This document shows positions 12,334 to 22,561 of a stretch of DNA of 64,000 bases, one piece after another. Positions within the stretch are counted from its first letter, which is position 1. The number at the start of each line of letters is the position of its first letter. This DNA comes from an uncultured delta proteobacterium (lineage in GTDB: Bacteria > Desulfobacterota > Binatia > Binatales > Binataceae). A model generated the notes under the pieces. It had not been told where the DNA came from and did no database searches. It was given only the letters and a program-made list of their open reading frames with translations. The translations under genes and the position numbers were made by a program. The stretch spans positions 3,776,001 through 3,840,000 of the forward strand of contig CAWEEQ010000004.1 of the NCBI GenBank assembly GCA_963808235.1, written 5' to 3'.

Positions 12334-13614
12334 CTACGATTTGCTGAGGCTGGACAGGCGCGCGAAGAAATCCGGAAATGTTTTCGCGACGCATCCTGGC
12401 TGCTTGATCTTGATGCCCGCGAGCTTCAAGCCGAGCACGGCGAAGCTCATCGCGATTCGGTGATCGTCGTAAGTCTCGATTGGCGCCGGGCGCATCGTTG
12501 AGGGCCGAATCTCGAGGCCGTCTTCGGTTTCGCTGACGTCCGCGCCGATCCGTCTGAGCTCAGTTGCGAGAACGCGGATACGATCACTTTCGTGATGACG
12601 GATAAAAGCGACGTTGCGGATTCTGGTCGGGGACGACGCGAACGGAGCGAGTGCGGCCAGCGTCGACACCATGTCCGGCATCGCATTCATCGCGACGTCC
12701 ACGCCGGCGAGCTGCCCGGTGCCGACAACTTCAACGCAATCAGGATGCCAGTTTACGCGCGCGCCCATCCGCTGCAGCACGCCGAGAAATCCGACGTCGC
12801 CCTGCACCGAGTTGGGCGTGAGCCCCTCGATTTTGACCGTCCCGCCCACCAGCGCTGCCGCCGCGGCGAAGTAGCTCGCACTCGACGCATCAGGTTCGAC
12901 CGCGAAGCGCTGCGCGCGATACCACTGCCCGCCGGGCACCACGATCTGATCTCCCTCGATCGAGTTGTGCGCGCCCCACGCTTCCATCAGGCGCAGTGTC
13001 ATGTCGATGAACGGGCGTGCTGCGTCGCCGATCACGCGAAGCTTGAGCCCGGCTTTCCAGATTGGCGCCGGCATGAGCATCGCGGATACGAACTGCGACG
13101 ATACACGCGCGTCGATCGAGGTCTCCCCGCCTTCGAAGCGCGCGCGCGATGCATCGACGATCACCGGGGGGCAGTTGTTGTTGCGTTCGCTATAGACGCT
13201 TGCGCCGAGACGCTGCATCGCATCGAGCTGGGGGCCCATCGGCCGCTGACGCATCCGCTGATTACCATCGATGCGGAAGCGACCCTCGCCGAGCGTGACC
13301 ATCGCGACTATGAATCGCATCACGGTGCCGGCGCCGCCGACAAAGATTTCGCCGCCATGGGCCGGGATGACGCCGCCGCGTCCGCCGACCGTTATGCGGC
13401 TCGCGATCTCATCAACCTCGACGATAAACCCCATCACCCGGAGCGCGTCGGTCATGTAGCGCGTGTCGTCGCTCAGCAGCACCGAATCGATCACCGAGCG
13501 GCCCTGCGCCATCGCCGCCAGGACCATCGCGCGATTCGTGATGCTCTTGGAGCCCGGTACGGCGATCCGGGCGTCGAGAGGCCCGGATACGGGGGTGATT
13601 TCGATTTCGTCCAC
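12334..13614 (-). CDS. aroA: 3-phosphoshikimate 1-carboxyvinyltransferase
   Basis: PGSKSITNR, SSQFVS, HESDRI, DDHRIAM, CVAKTFP. Confidence 0.97.
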   Translation of the reverse strand: MDEIEITPVSGPLDARIAVPGSKSITNRAMVLAAMAQGRSVIDSVLLSDDTRYMTDALRVMGFIVEVDEIASRITVGGRGGVIPAHGGEIFVGGAGTVMRFIVAMVTLGEGRFRIDGNQRMRQRPMGPQLDAMQRLGASVYSERNNNCPPVIVDASRARFEGGETSIDARVSSQFVSAMLMPAPIWKAGLKLRVIGDAARPFIDMTLRLMEAWGAHNSIEGDQIVVPGGQWYRAQRFAVEPDASSASYFAAAAALVGGTVKIEGLTPNSVQGDVGFLGVLQRMGARVNWHPDCVEVVGTGQLAGVDVAMNAMPDMVSTLAALAPFASSPTRIRNVAFIRHHESDRIRVLATELRRIGADVSETEDGLEIRPSTMRPAPIETYDDHRIAMSFAVLGLKLAGIKIKQPGCVAKTFPDFFARLSSLSKS

Positions 13615-13805
13615 AGGAATGAGGCTCTACAGCTTATATAAATACAGATTAACCGCGCCATTTGGAGTGTCACAAGCGCAGGACCGCATCGCTAAGCCGG
13701 ATAAGTCGCCCAAAGGACGGGGGAGCAGGTTATTGCCTCATTTGCGACGCTACGATTAGAGTATCCACGGTAATCCGAAGCAGGCCCACGCCGAGGGGGA
13801 TACTT

Positions 13806-14354
13806 ATGAGCCTCAGAAAGATGTTGCTGCCCGCCGCGATGCTGATCGCCGTAATCGCAATGCTTGCGCCGCGTGCCAGTGCGCAAACGATGGGTGAGTA
13901 CGCGACCACGACCGCGGGAGTGGGAACCGGGGGCGGATCGATGGGCACGAGCATGTCGCCGTCGTCGATGGGTTCAAGTGACAGCGGTGGAAGCTCAGGG
14001 ACTTGGGGAGCCAGCGGACTCGGCAGCGGTTGGGCCGACCGCGCCGGAGCGGCTGCCGGATCAAGCTTGGGATCGGATTTCGAATCACGGGCCGGCGGTC
14101 TGTCGAACGGTAATGCCGGCGAATCACGATGGGCGGGGACCGGGATTTCCAGCCACGGGACAGAGAGCCGACTCGGCGCATCGGGCGGAACCGGCGCATC
14201 GGATCGATTCGGCGCGTCGTCGGGTCGATTTTCGAGCGGAGACCGGTTCACCGCGAACGAGCGTTTCTCCTCGGAGAGCCGCTGGCCAGGGAGTTCATTG
14301 TCATCGAATCAGTCGGGACTGGACACTAAGTTCAATTCGATTAACGGGAACTGA
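13806..14354 (+). CDS. Secreted Gly/Ser-rich low-complexity hypothetical protein
   Basis: GAGGGGG RBS, signal peptide ending ASA-Q, repeated xR(F/W) motifs. Confidence 0.7.
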   Translation: MSLRKMLLPAAMLIAVIAMLAPRASAQTMGEYATTTAGVGTGGGSMGTSMSPSSMGSSDSGGSSGTWGASGLGSGWADRAGAAAGSSLGSDFESRAGGLSNGNAGESRWAGTGISSHGTESRLGASGGTGASDRFGASSGRFSSGDRFTANERFSSESRWPGSSLSSNQSGLDTKFNSINGN

Positions 14355-14613
14355 CTTTCTCACTGTCCCAAGCGCCGACGGATTGCGACGGTGTGCCGGC
14401 GTAAGCTGAGCAGCGTTCAATGCCCACTCAGCTGGAATTCCCACTGACAAGATTTGCCGTCGGCCGCAACTGACACCTTGTAGCTAGCGCCGGAATGAAG
14501 GCGCGCGCGGGGTCAGCGATCGACCTGTGGGTCGCCGCCCCTTCCATCGCTTACCGTTCAGCTTCCAACTCGCAAAGCGCTTAGACTCTCGTTCCCGATC
14601 ACGTGAGATTGAA

Positions 14614-15720
14614 ATGCGCTTCATATCCGGTCGAGAACTGAATCGTGCCTATTACAGTGAGGCGGTAGCGCCGATTCTTGCGGACGATTTTCCTGAGCTG
14701 CGACATGCCGCGGTGCTGATCGGGCCGGGCTCCGACGTATTGGGTTACGACTCAGAGCGGTCGACCGATCACGGCTGGGGTCCGCGAGTACTCTTGTTTC
14801 TGGCCGAGGGTGACCGACAGTCGATAGCGGGTTCGGTAAGCGAAAGACTGAAAACGCGTCTGCCGGCGAATTTCCGTGGTTTCGATACGAGCTTCGCGAA
14901 TCCGGACGCGAAAGGCGTTCGGTGGATGGAGCACGCTGACCCGGGCCGTGTGGCTCACCTGGTCGAGATTCATTCGGTGCGGGAGTTTGTCCGCGGAATG
15001 CTCGGCATCGATCTCAACACTCCGCTGAGAAACGTTGACTGGATGCTGATGCCGCAGCAGCAGCTGCTTGAAGTGACCAGCGGGGATGTCTATCGCGACG
15101 ACCTTGGCGAACTCACCTGGCTTCGAACAACGCTCGCATGGTACCCACGCGACGTGTGGCTTCTATTGATGGCGGCGCAATGGAAACGAATCGCGCAGGA
15201 AGAACCGTTCGCTGCGCGATGCGGCGAAGCCGGTGACGATCTCGGCTCGCGAATCGTCGCGGCGCGGCTGGTGCGCGACCTGGTTCGCCTGTGCTTTCTC
15301 ATCGAACGCCGCTACGCTCCCTACAGCAAGTGGCTGGGGACCGCGTTTTCGCGTTTGAGTTGCGCGCCACAACTGAATGGGGTGTTGCGCGGGGCGCTGT
15401 CCGCCGATTCGTGGCATGGACGCGAAGATCATCTCTGTGCTGCCTACGAAACGGTCGCCGGCCTGCACAACGCGCTGAACGTCACGCCCAAGTTGGACGT
15501 GAAGGTTCGCAATTTCCACGATCGTCCGTACCGGGTACTCGATGCGGAACGCTTTTCCTCGGCGCTCATCGAGTCGATAGAAGATCCAAAGCTTCGGCAG
15601 ATCTGCTCGACAACCGGACTGGTTGGCGCGGTCGATCAGTTCGCCGACAACACGGACCTGCTTGATAGACCCGACCTGTGCGCGCGACTGGCCGCGCTGT
15701 TCACTGAGCCTCGAAAATAG
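14614..15720 (+). CDS. DUF4037-domain protein
   Basis: GPGSDVLGYDSERSTDHGWGPR and YAPYSKWLG motifs. Confidence 0.8.
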   Translation: MRFISGRELNRAYYSEAVAPILADDFPELRHAAVLIGPGSDVLGYDSERSTDHGWGPRVLLFLAEGDRQSIAGSVSERLKTRLPANFRGFDTSFANPDAKGVRWMEHADPGRVAHLVEIHSVREFVRGMLGIDLNTPLRNVDWMLMPQQQLLEVTSGDVYRDDLGELTWLRTTLAWYPRDVWLLLMAAQWKRIAQEEPFAARCGEAGDDLGSRIVAARLVRDLVRLCFLIERRYAPYSKWLGTAFSRLSCAPQLNGVLRGALSADSWHGREDHLCAAYETVAGLHNALNVTPKLDVKVRNFHDRPYRVLDAERFSSALIESIEDPKLRQICSTTGLVGAVDQFADNTDLLDRPDLCARLAALFTEPRK

Positions 15721-15748
15721 CGACCTGGGTGCGTTGCCAGCGTATCGC

Positions 15749-16555
15749 CTAAAACAGTGCGCCGATAAAGTGCTCTAGCTCCAGGTTGAACTTGGTGATC
15801 ACGCGGTCGGAGCCGCGGGTCAGGCCGATGCCGGGGCCGAAGTTGTATTCGATTCCGCCCGGCAACTCGCCTTTCAGCACCGGAAAGATATAGTGCTGCT
15901 GCTGGTGCAGAGGATCGTTGTCTTCGATCAGGCCGAGCGCGCCGTAGAACTCGAGGCCCGGCGAAATCGATCGCAGGTAGTCGTAATAGATGCCGGCGGC
16001 GTAGCCGAACTCGAATCCCTTGTTCTTGTTGGGCCCGACGAAGACCGCTTTTTCGAAAATCGGATTGAGTGCGATTTCGAACCGCCTGAAATCTTTCTCG
16101 ATGATCGGTTTCAGCTCAAGCTCGAGCTGGTTGTCGTCGAATTGCGGTGTGCGATGCCATTCCATCTCGGCGTACCAGCCGAAATCGACGGGCAATTCGC
16201 CCTGCTCGAACAGGCTGCCGCGCAAGCGAAACTTTGAACCCGCGTATTGAAACGAATTCGCATTCGGACGCGCGAGATTCAGATACGCGGCGCACTCGAT
16301 GTGGTCCGTGAGTCCGTAAGTTAGTTCGAACGCCGGGCGATACATTGCCTGGCTCGGGAAACTTCCCGCCGACGTGCCCGCGTCGCCGTGATTATGGCCG
16401 CTCGGCACGAAGCTGTTGAGAGATTCGAGTTCCACCATGCCCTTGCCTTCAGTCTGATATGGGTACACCTCGAACTCGAAGGGATCGACTTGCGCGGAGG
16501 CGTCGGCGGCGATCAGCAACAGCGTCGCGACGAGAAAAATCGCGCGCACGTTCAC
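15749..16555 (-). CDS. Probable outer-membrane beta-barrel protein of an iron-regulated cassette
   Basis: Signal peptide; alternating aromatic/hydrophobic strands; C-terminal Phe; GTG start overlaps the upstream stop. Confidence 0.6.
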   Translation of the reverse strand: MNVRAIFLVATLLLIAADASAQVDPFEFEVYPYQTEGKGMVELESLNSFVPSGHNHGDAGTSAGSFPSQAMYRPAFELTYGLTDHIECAAYLNLARPNANSFQYAGSKFRLRGSLFEQGELPVDFGWYAEMEWHRTPQFDDNQLELELKPIIEKDFRRFEIALNPIFEKAVFVGPNKNKGFEFGYAAGIYYDYLRSISPGLEFYGALGLIEDNDPLHQQQHYIFPVLKGELPGGIEYNFGPGIGLTRGSDRVITKFNLELEHFIGALF

Positions 16556-17025
16556 GGCATACTCCGCTCGCCAGACGCCGGCTGTTGCGAGGGTTTTTCA
16601 GCCGCGATCCATCGCGTGATTGCGGCGCGCTCGACGGAGGTCAGACGCGCGCCAGGATGCATCGCGCGGTAGTACCATGGAGGCATCGCGTCCGTTGCAA
16701 TCAGACGCGCTACTTCATCGAGCTTTTGATCCTCGGTACCCGGGTCAGAGGTGTAGTCGGTCCAGGCGGAGAAGTTCAGGCGGCGCCGTCCTTCTTCGAC
16801 CTCATAATGAATCCACCATGAGACCGGCGCCACGCCGCTGTACCACGGCCATCGGGTTTCATTCGAATGGCAATCGTAACAGGAGCGGCGAAGCGCATCT
16901 TTGACGGCGGGCGGCGCCGACAAGTCGCCATGCGCGGCCGGATTTGAACGATCGAAGCGCACGAATTGCGCAGCCAGCAGTGCGAACGCGGATGACCAAA
17001 GGGTCGCTCGCAACGCGCGACCCAT
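16552..17025 (-). CDS. Monoheme c-type cytochrome (Haem_bd domain)
   Basis: SCYDCHSNETRWPWYS...LNFS...MPP..Y...HP motif; N-terminal hydrophobic anchor. Confidence 0.85.
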   Translation of the reverse strand: MGRALRATLWSSAFALLAAQFVRFDRSNPAAHGDLSAPPAVKDALRRSCYDCHSNETRWPWYSGVAPVSWWIHYEVEEGRRRLNFSAWTDYTSDPGTEDQKLDEVARLIATDAMPPWYYRAMHPGARLTSVERAAITRWIAAEKPSQQPASGERSMP

Positions 17026-17032
17026 CCGAGCA

Positions 17033-17389
17033 TCAGTGCGAAAGAATCTCGCCGGTGGTGGCGCCGTGGCTGAAATCGTCGAAGAACGGATAGGTCCCGG
17101 GCGCGAGTGCCGGGATGTACACCGTAATGGTCTGGCCGGGTTGAACGACGCGCTCGCGATGCAGCTGGAAGCTTTCGAATTCCACCGCCGTATCGCCCGC
17201 GTTGGTGACCTGCAGTTTGACCGGCGTATTGGCAGGCAGGGTCAGACGCGCCGGCTCAACGGTGCCATGACTGAATCGCAGTTGCGAAGAATCGTCTGCG
17301 GCGCGCGCCGGCGCCGAAGATATAGTGAGCATTGCAAGGCACACGAACATGACGGTCATGGTTTTGGCGATCGAGGTATACGAGAACAT
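17033..17389 (-). CDS. Periplasmic cupredoxin-domain protein (FtrB/EfeO N-domain-like)
   Basis: Signal peptide; VEPARLTLPAN, EFESFQLHRERVV and PGTYPFFDDF motifs. Confidence 0.85.
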   Translation of the reverse strand: MFSYTSIAKTMTVMFVCLAMLTISSAPARAADDSSQLRFSHGTVEPARLTLPANTPVKLQVTNAGDTAVEFESFQLHRERVVQPGQTITVYIPALAPGTYPFFDDFSHGATTGEILSH

Positions 17390-17412
17390 CAGTCTGGCGG
17401 CAGCTCCTTGAG

Positions 17413-17431
17413 ATTGAGAATGATTCTCAAT
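17413..17431. promoter_or_regulatory. Fur box-like operator
   Basis: Perfect 9-1-9 palindrome ATTGAGAAT-G-ATTCTCAAT, about 25 bp upstream of the cupredoxin start; minus-strand TTGACA at 17451-17456. Confidence 0.8.
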
Positions 17432-17649
17432 TACATAATGGTGCCGTCTCTGTCAAGCGGGCCTGGATGCTGACGACCCTCGCGACGGCGTCATGAGCGA
17501 GATATTCCTAAATGGCTTTACGCAGTATCTAGATGCCGTTTGCGCGACTCTCGCCCATCACCACACGATTTTCTTGACTACTCGACGCGGGGGGAATAGT
17601 TGATACACAGGCGTGTTTCCAATCGCTAGCCAGCTTCGACGGCCGGCTA

Positions 17650-18771
17650 ATGCGATCGATGGGACTTGTTGCTGCGGAGAAGGCGTTGGCTGGGACGAAG
17701 TTGTTGTCGAATCGTATAGGACGGTCAATTGCCGCGATTACGCTGGCAATGGCGCTGGGCTTTGCGGCTCCGCTCAACGCGCGGGCCGAGACCGAATTGC
17801 CGTTCCCCCGTCCCGCCTCGATTGAACCCAACATAAAATTCTGGGTCGATGTCTTTACCGCATATTCGGATCGCGATTTCATCGTGGTCGATCGCGACAA
17901 CGTCTGGCGCACTTACCAGGTGTACCATTTGCCGGGCGAAGGTCAGCCGACGCGCGAAGATATCGAGTGGGCGAACTCTTACCTCAAGATAAAGTACGCT
18001 GACATCCTGAATCGGCTCGCATCGGGGCGTGATCCTTCGGACGACGAAGAACGCCGAGTCGCCGCGATGTTCAAGGGCGAGCCGGCGGGCGCCTATGCTA
18101 CAGCCGCGCAGAATTTGCGCGTGCAGGAGGGATTGCGCGAGCAGTTCCACGAAGGTCTGCTGCGCAGCCGCTACTATCGTCCGACGATGGAACGGATTTT
18201 TCGCACCGCCGGAGTTCCGCCGGAACTGGTGACGCTCGCGCACGTCGAGTCGGGCTTCTACGGCGGCTCGCGATCGAGCGCCGGCGCGGTGGGAATCTGG
18301 CAATTCACGCGTGACACCGGCAAGCACTACATGAAGATCACGCGCTATCACGACGATCGCCTGAATCCGGACCGCGAGACCATGGCTGCCGCCAAGCTGC
18401 TTCGGTCCAACTACGACACGCTCGGCGACTGGCCGCTTGCGATCACCGCTTACAATTACGGGACCGGCGGAGTGGCGCGCGCCGCGGGGATTTACGGCGG
18501 CGACTACTCAGAGATGGTTCAGCACTATCAGGGGCCGCATTTCGGATTCGCAGTGAAGAACTACTACTCGGAGTTCCTGGCGGCGATGCAAGTGCATCGC
18601 TACGAGGACAAGTATTTCCCGGGTATCGAGGACGAAGCCTCCATTCGGCCGGCGCCGATCAAGACTGATTTTCCGCGACCCAGGCATTCCACGAAGTCGC
18701 ACACGTCACATCTTCGCCACGTCTCCGCGAAGACCCATCATTCGAAAAAGACCGTCGCTCAGAAGACCTGA
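17650..18771 (+). CDS. Lytic transglycosylase (SLT domain, MltD-like)
   Basis: LAHVES, SSAGAVGIWQF and LAITAYNYG motifs. Start position uncertain. Confidence 0.88.
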   Translation: MRSMGLVAAEKALAGTKLLSNRIGRSIAAITLAMALGFAAPLNARAETELPFPRPASIEPNIKFWVDVFTAYSDRDFIVVDRDNVWRTYQVYHLPGEGQPTREDIEWANSYLKIKYADILNRLASGRDPSDDEERRVAAMFKGEPAGAYATAAQNLRVQEGLREQFHEGLLRSRYYRPTMERIFRTAGVPPELVTLAHVESGFYGGSRSSAGAVGIWQFTRDTGKHYMKITRYHDDRLNPDRETMAAAKLLRSNYDTLGDWPLAITAYNYGTGGVARAAGIYGGDYSEMVQHYQGPHFGFAVKNYYSEFLAAMQVHRYEDKYFPGIEDEASIRPAPIKTDFPRPRHSTKSHTSHLRHVSAKTHHSKKTVAQKT

Positions 18772-18781
18772 GCCCCGTTGC

Positions 18782-19456
18782 TCACGCTCGCGAACTTGCT
18801 TCCGCGACCTTGGTGTGCGGACTGATCGCGCGGTAGCTGGGACGGTCGCGCAACCGCTTCAGGTACGCGTCGACTTTCGGGAACGCGTCGAGCTTCATCG
18901 CGTCGACCTCGAGCACCATCGCGAGCGCCATCATCGGCACGTCGGCCAGCGAAAATTCTCCGCACGCATAAGCGCCGGTGCCGGATTTGCCGAGCACCCG
19001 TTCGAGGAAGGGCAGATCGCGCGAGCGTAAAAGCTCGCGGCCCTTTTCCATCGCCTCGGCGTTACGCTTGGCGGGCTCGCTCCAATACGCCATCCAGATG
19101 AGCGGGACGCTTCCGATCAGCATCGCTTCGTCGGCGAAATTTTCGATCTCGCGAACACGCATCCTAAGCGTAGGATCGGAGGGCATTAGGCGCGGCGGTC
19201 CGTAGCGCTCTTCGAGGTACTCGTCGATCACGGTCGAATCGAAAATAGTGAGCTCGCCGTCTTCGAGGTAAGGAACCTTGCCGAGCGGATGCTTCGCCAG
19301 CATCTCGGGCGGCTTCTTCCACAGATTTCCGGGCGGCAGGTTCTCGATTCGATACGCGAGACTTTTTTCTTCGAGCACGACTTTGGTTTTGCACGCGTGC
19401 GTCGAGCGCAGCGTGCCCCAGGGATAATCACGCTCGGTAGTGTAGAGAATGATCAC
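18782..19456 (-). CDS. Glutathione S-transferase family protein
   Basis: HPLGKVPYL, IFDSTVIDEYL and FSLAD motifs. Confidence 0.88.
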   Translation of the reverse strand: MIILYTTERDYPWGTLRSTHACKTKVVLEEKSLAYRIENLPPGNLWKKPPEMLAKHPLGKVPYLEDGELTIFDSTVIDEYLEERYGPPRLMPSDPTLRMRVREIENFADEAMLIGSVPLIWMAYWSEPAKRNAEAMEKGRELLRSRDLPFLERVLGKSGTGAYACGEFSLADVPMMALAMVLEVDAMKLDAFPKVDAYLKRLRDRPSYRAISPHTKVAEASSRA

Positions 19457-19577
19457 GGCGCAACTCCTTTGGTTCGGGACTCATGGCGGCGAGTGTAACA
19501 TCGGCTCGACCGCGCCGGTCAATCTATCGCATCTAATCGCGCGCGCGGGGAACCTGCCTCTGTTATCGTTTCAATAG

Positions 19578-22538
19578 ATGCAGCGCCGGTCCGTACAATC
19601 TTCGGAATTGACGGTTCTCGCCGATCGCTTGAAACGGCGGCTGGGGAATTTTCGCCTCGCCGAACAAGCGCTCGCGGCGGTCACCAGGCGCGCGCCGGAC
19701 GAGAGGCTGGCGCTCGCATTTTTGCTCAAACTCGCTGAGGATTCCGCACGAGAGCTGAAAAGTGTCCTGCGCGATCGCGCCGCTGGAGAAGACCTGATCT
19801 TTTGCCTCGGTTCGTCGGAACTGGTCGCTACCGAACTGTCCTCGGCAAAAACGCGATGGGACGAACTGTTCCTAGATGCGCGCGCCGCAACCATGGATGG
19901 GCTGCTTGCGGCCATGCGGCAAGACAGGCCTGCGCACGACGCGCCGGATCGCCAGCGCGCCGCCGCAGAGTTGGGCCAATACATGCGCCGGATGCGGGTG
20001 CGGGTCGCGATTGCCGATTTGCTCGATCGGATCGGCGTCGCGGACACGGCGCGCGCGATGTCGGAGCTCGGGGACGAATGTATCCGCATGGCGTTCGCTC
20101 TTGCGACTCGTTTTCTCGGCGAGCGCGCGGCTGAGGTCGGCCGCTTTTGCGTGCTCGCGATGGGCAAGCTCGGGGCGCGCGAGCTTAACCTGAGCTCGGA
20201 TGTCGATCTGATTTATCTTCACGAACCGTCAGGCTCTCCCGACGGAACCGAGGCCGCGGCCCGCCTCGGCGAATGGTTCACCGAGATTTTGTCCGCCGGA
20301 TGTTTCCGAATAGACCTGCGGCTTCGACCGGGCGGCCGTTTCGCATCGCTAGTCACTCCGGTCGAAGGCGCGATCGGGTATTACCAGAGCCTCGGTCAGA
20401 CTTGGGAACGCGCGGCGCTGCTGCGCGCGCGGCCGGTCGCCGGTGCGCTCGAAATCGGGCACCGATTGCTCGCCGACCTTGGCCACTTCGTATTTCGAAG
20501 CTACCTGGACTTCGATACTCTGCGCGATTTGCGCGCGATGAAGCGGCAGATCGAAGCCGAACTGCGAACGCCCGCGATGATCGAACGCAACATCAAGCTC
20601 GGCCGCGGCGGAATTCGCGAACTCGAGTTTATCGTGCAGGCGCTGACGCTGATTTACGGCGGACGCGATCGGCGGCTTCGCGTCGGCGGGACCTTCGACG
20701 CGCTCAAGATACTCGATTCGCTCGAATACCTCCCGTCTTCGCGGGCGCACGAGCTTGCCGACGCGTACCTGTTCCTGCGCGACGTCGAGCACAAGCTGCA
20801 AGTCGTCGCCGGCCTGCAGACGCATGTGATCCCGGCTGGCGACAGCGCGATACGAGCACTTGCGACGCGGATGGGTTTCGGCAAGGAGGCGCGAGCGCTC
20901 GAGGAATTCAGCGCGCAGCTTGAATCTCATCGCGCGCTGATCGCGACGCAGTTCCGCGAAACTCTTGCCGGCGGCGAAGAACAATCTATCCGCTGGGTTT
21001 CCGATGCCGCCGAGCTGGCCTGGAATTCGGCTTACGATTCCGAAGCCGCGGCCCCCTACCTGGGCGAGCTCGGCTTCGCGCGGCCAAACGAAAGCGCTCG
21101 CCATCTCGAGCTGCTCGCGAGAGGTCCGTCGCACGCTCCGACCAGTCCGCGGCGGCGTGAATTGCTGGAGCGGCTCGGACCGGTCCTCCTCGATGAAATC
21201 AGTCCGCTTCCAGACCCCGACCTGGCGCTGATGAATCTTGCCGAGTTTATCGCCGCGATTGGCGCGCGCACTTCGTTCCTGGCCCTCCTCGAACAGCATC
21301 CCGCGACGCGCCGAATCCTGCTCCGCCTGTTTGCGTCGAGCGCATATCTTTCGACAATTTTTATCCACCATCCCGATATGCTCGACACGCTGGTGCGCTC
21401 GGACCTGGTCCGGGTGCGGCGCGAACGCGTCGAGCTTCGTGCGGAAATCGCGGGACAGATGGCGGCGAGTCCGGATTTCGAGAGCAAGCTCGACGCATTG
21501 CGCGCGTTCCGGCATCAGGAGTTTCTGCGCATCGCAATTGCCGACCTGGCAGGCGATCTTGAACTCTTCGAGGTCGAACGCGAGCTTACTTACCTCGCCG
21601 AGACCGTGCTCGACGAGGCGATGGCGCTCGCGCGGGTTCAGATCGAGGCGCGTTTCGAGATTCCTGGAACGATGCGCCTGTGCGCGATCGCGATGGGCCG
21701 GCTGGGTGCGGGCGAGATGTCGTATAACTCCGACCTTGATCTGATTTTCGTTTACGACGATCGCGCCGAGGTGGCCGCAGGGAGCCGCGAGATCGCGTCG
21801 CGAATCACGCAGAAGCTGATCGCGATACTCGAATCAAGAACGCGCGAGGGATACGCGTACAAGCTCGATCTGCGGCTTCGTCCGTCGGGCAACGCGGGTC
21901 CGCTGGTCACGTCGTTGCAAGGCTTTCGCGACTATCATCGGCAAAGCTCGGCGGTTTGGGAGCGGCAGGCGCTGGTGCGCGCGCGGGTGATAACCGGAGA
22001 TCCGGAACTCAGCCGCGAAGTCGAAGCTACGCGCGAGGAATTCGTTTTCGGGCGCGGGCTCAGCCGGGCGCAAGTTGCGGAGATCGCGGCGATGCGCACG
22101 CGGATGGAGAACGAGATCGGCGCCGAGGACAAGTCGCGGCTCAATATCAAGCAGGGCCACGGCGGCTTGGTGGACGTGGAGTTCCTGGCGCAGATGATGG
22201 CGCTGCGTCACGGCTATCGCAGCAGCGAGCTGCGCGCGCGCGACACGATGGGACTTCTGAACGCGCTCGACAAGCTTCATTTTCTCGCGCATGCCGACGC
22301 GATTACTCTTGAAGACGATTTCCGGTTTCTCTCGCGGCTCGAAAATCGGCTCAGAATAGAGAGCGACCAGCCCGCGTGGGCGCTGCCAACCTCGCCCGCG
22401 GCGCTCAGACCGCTCGCGCGCCGGATGGGATTCGAAGGCGCGGACGCCGCAGCCCGCCTGCTCGCCGAACTCGAGACGCGCCGCAACCGAATCCGCCAGA
22501 TCTTCGAGCGCTACTTCGCCGCCGAGCTTGCAGACTGA
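19578..22538 (+). CDS. glnE: Bifunctional glutamine synthetase adenylyltransferase/deadenylase
   Basis: Two nucleotidyltransferase domains (MGKLGARELNLSSDVDL; MGRLGAGEMSYNSDLDL); DLRLRP twice; IKLGRGGIRELEF. Confidence 0.95.
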   Translation: MQRRSVQSSELTVLADRLKRRLGNFRLAEQALAAVTRRAPDERLALAFLLKLAEDSARELKSVLRDRAAGEDLIFCLGSSELVATELSSAKTRWDELFLDARAATMDGLLAAMRQDRPAHDAPDRQRAAAELGQYMRRMRVRVAIADLLDRIGVADTARAMSELGDECIRMAFALATRFLGERAAEVGRFCVLAMGKLGARELNLSSDVDLIYLHEPSGSPDGTEAAARLGEWFTEILSAGCFRIDLRLRPGGRFASLVTPVEGAIGYYQSLGQTWERAALLRARPVAGALEIGHRLLADLGHFVFRSYLDFDTLRDLRAMKRQIEAELRTPAMIERNIKLGRGGIRELEFIVQALTLIYGGRDRRLRVGGTFDALKILDSLEYLPSSRAHELADAYLFLRDVEHKLQVVAGLQTHVIPAGDSAIRALATRMGFGKEARALEEFSAQLESHRALIATQFRETLAGGEEQSIRWVSDAAELAWNSAYDSEAAAPYLGELGFARPNESARHLELLARGPSHAPTSPRRRELLERLGPVLLDEISPLPDPDLALMNLAEFIAAIGARTSFLALLEQHPATRRILLRLFASSAYLSTIFIHHPDMLDTLVRSDLVRVRRERVELRAEIAGQMAASPDFESKLDALRAFRHQEFLRIAIADLAGDLELFEVERELTYLAETVLDEAMALARVQIEARFEIPGTMRLCAIAMGRLGAGEMSYNSDLDLIFVYDDRAEVAAGSREIASRITQKLIAILESRTREGYAYKLDLRLRPSGNAGPLVTSLQGFRDYHRQSSAVWERQALVRARVITGDPELSREVEATREEFVFGRGLSRAQVAEIAAMRTRMENEIGAEDKSRLNIKQGHGGLVDVEFLAQMMALRHGYRSSELRARDTMGLLNALDKLHFLAHADAITLEDDFRFLSRLENRLRIESDQPAWALPTSPAALRPLARRMGFEGADAAARLLAELETRRNRIRQIFERYFAAELAD

Positions 22539-22561
22539 GGACCGGCGCGCGCCATGCGAGC

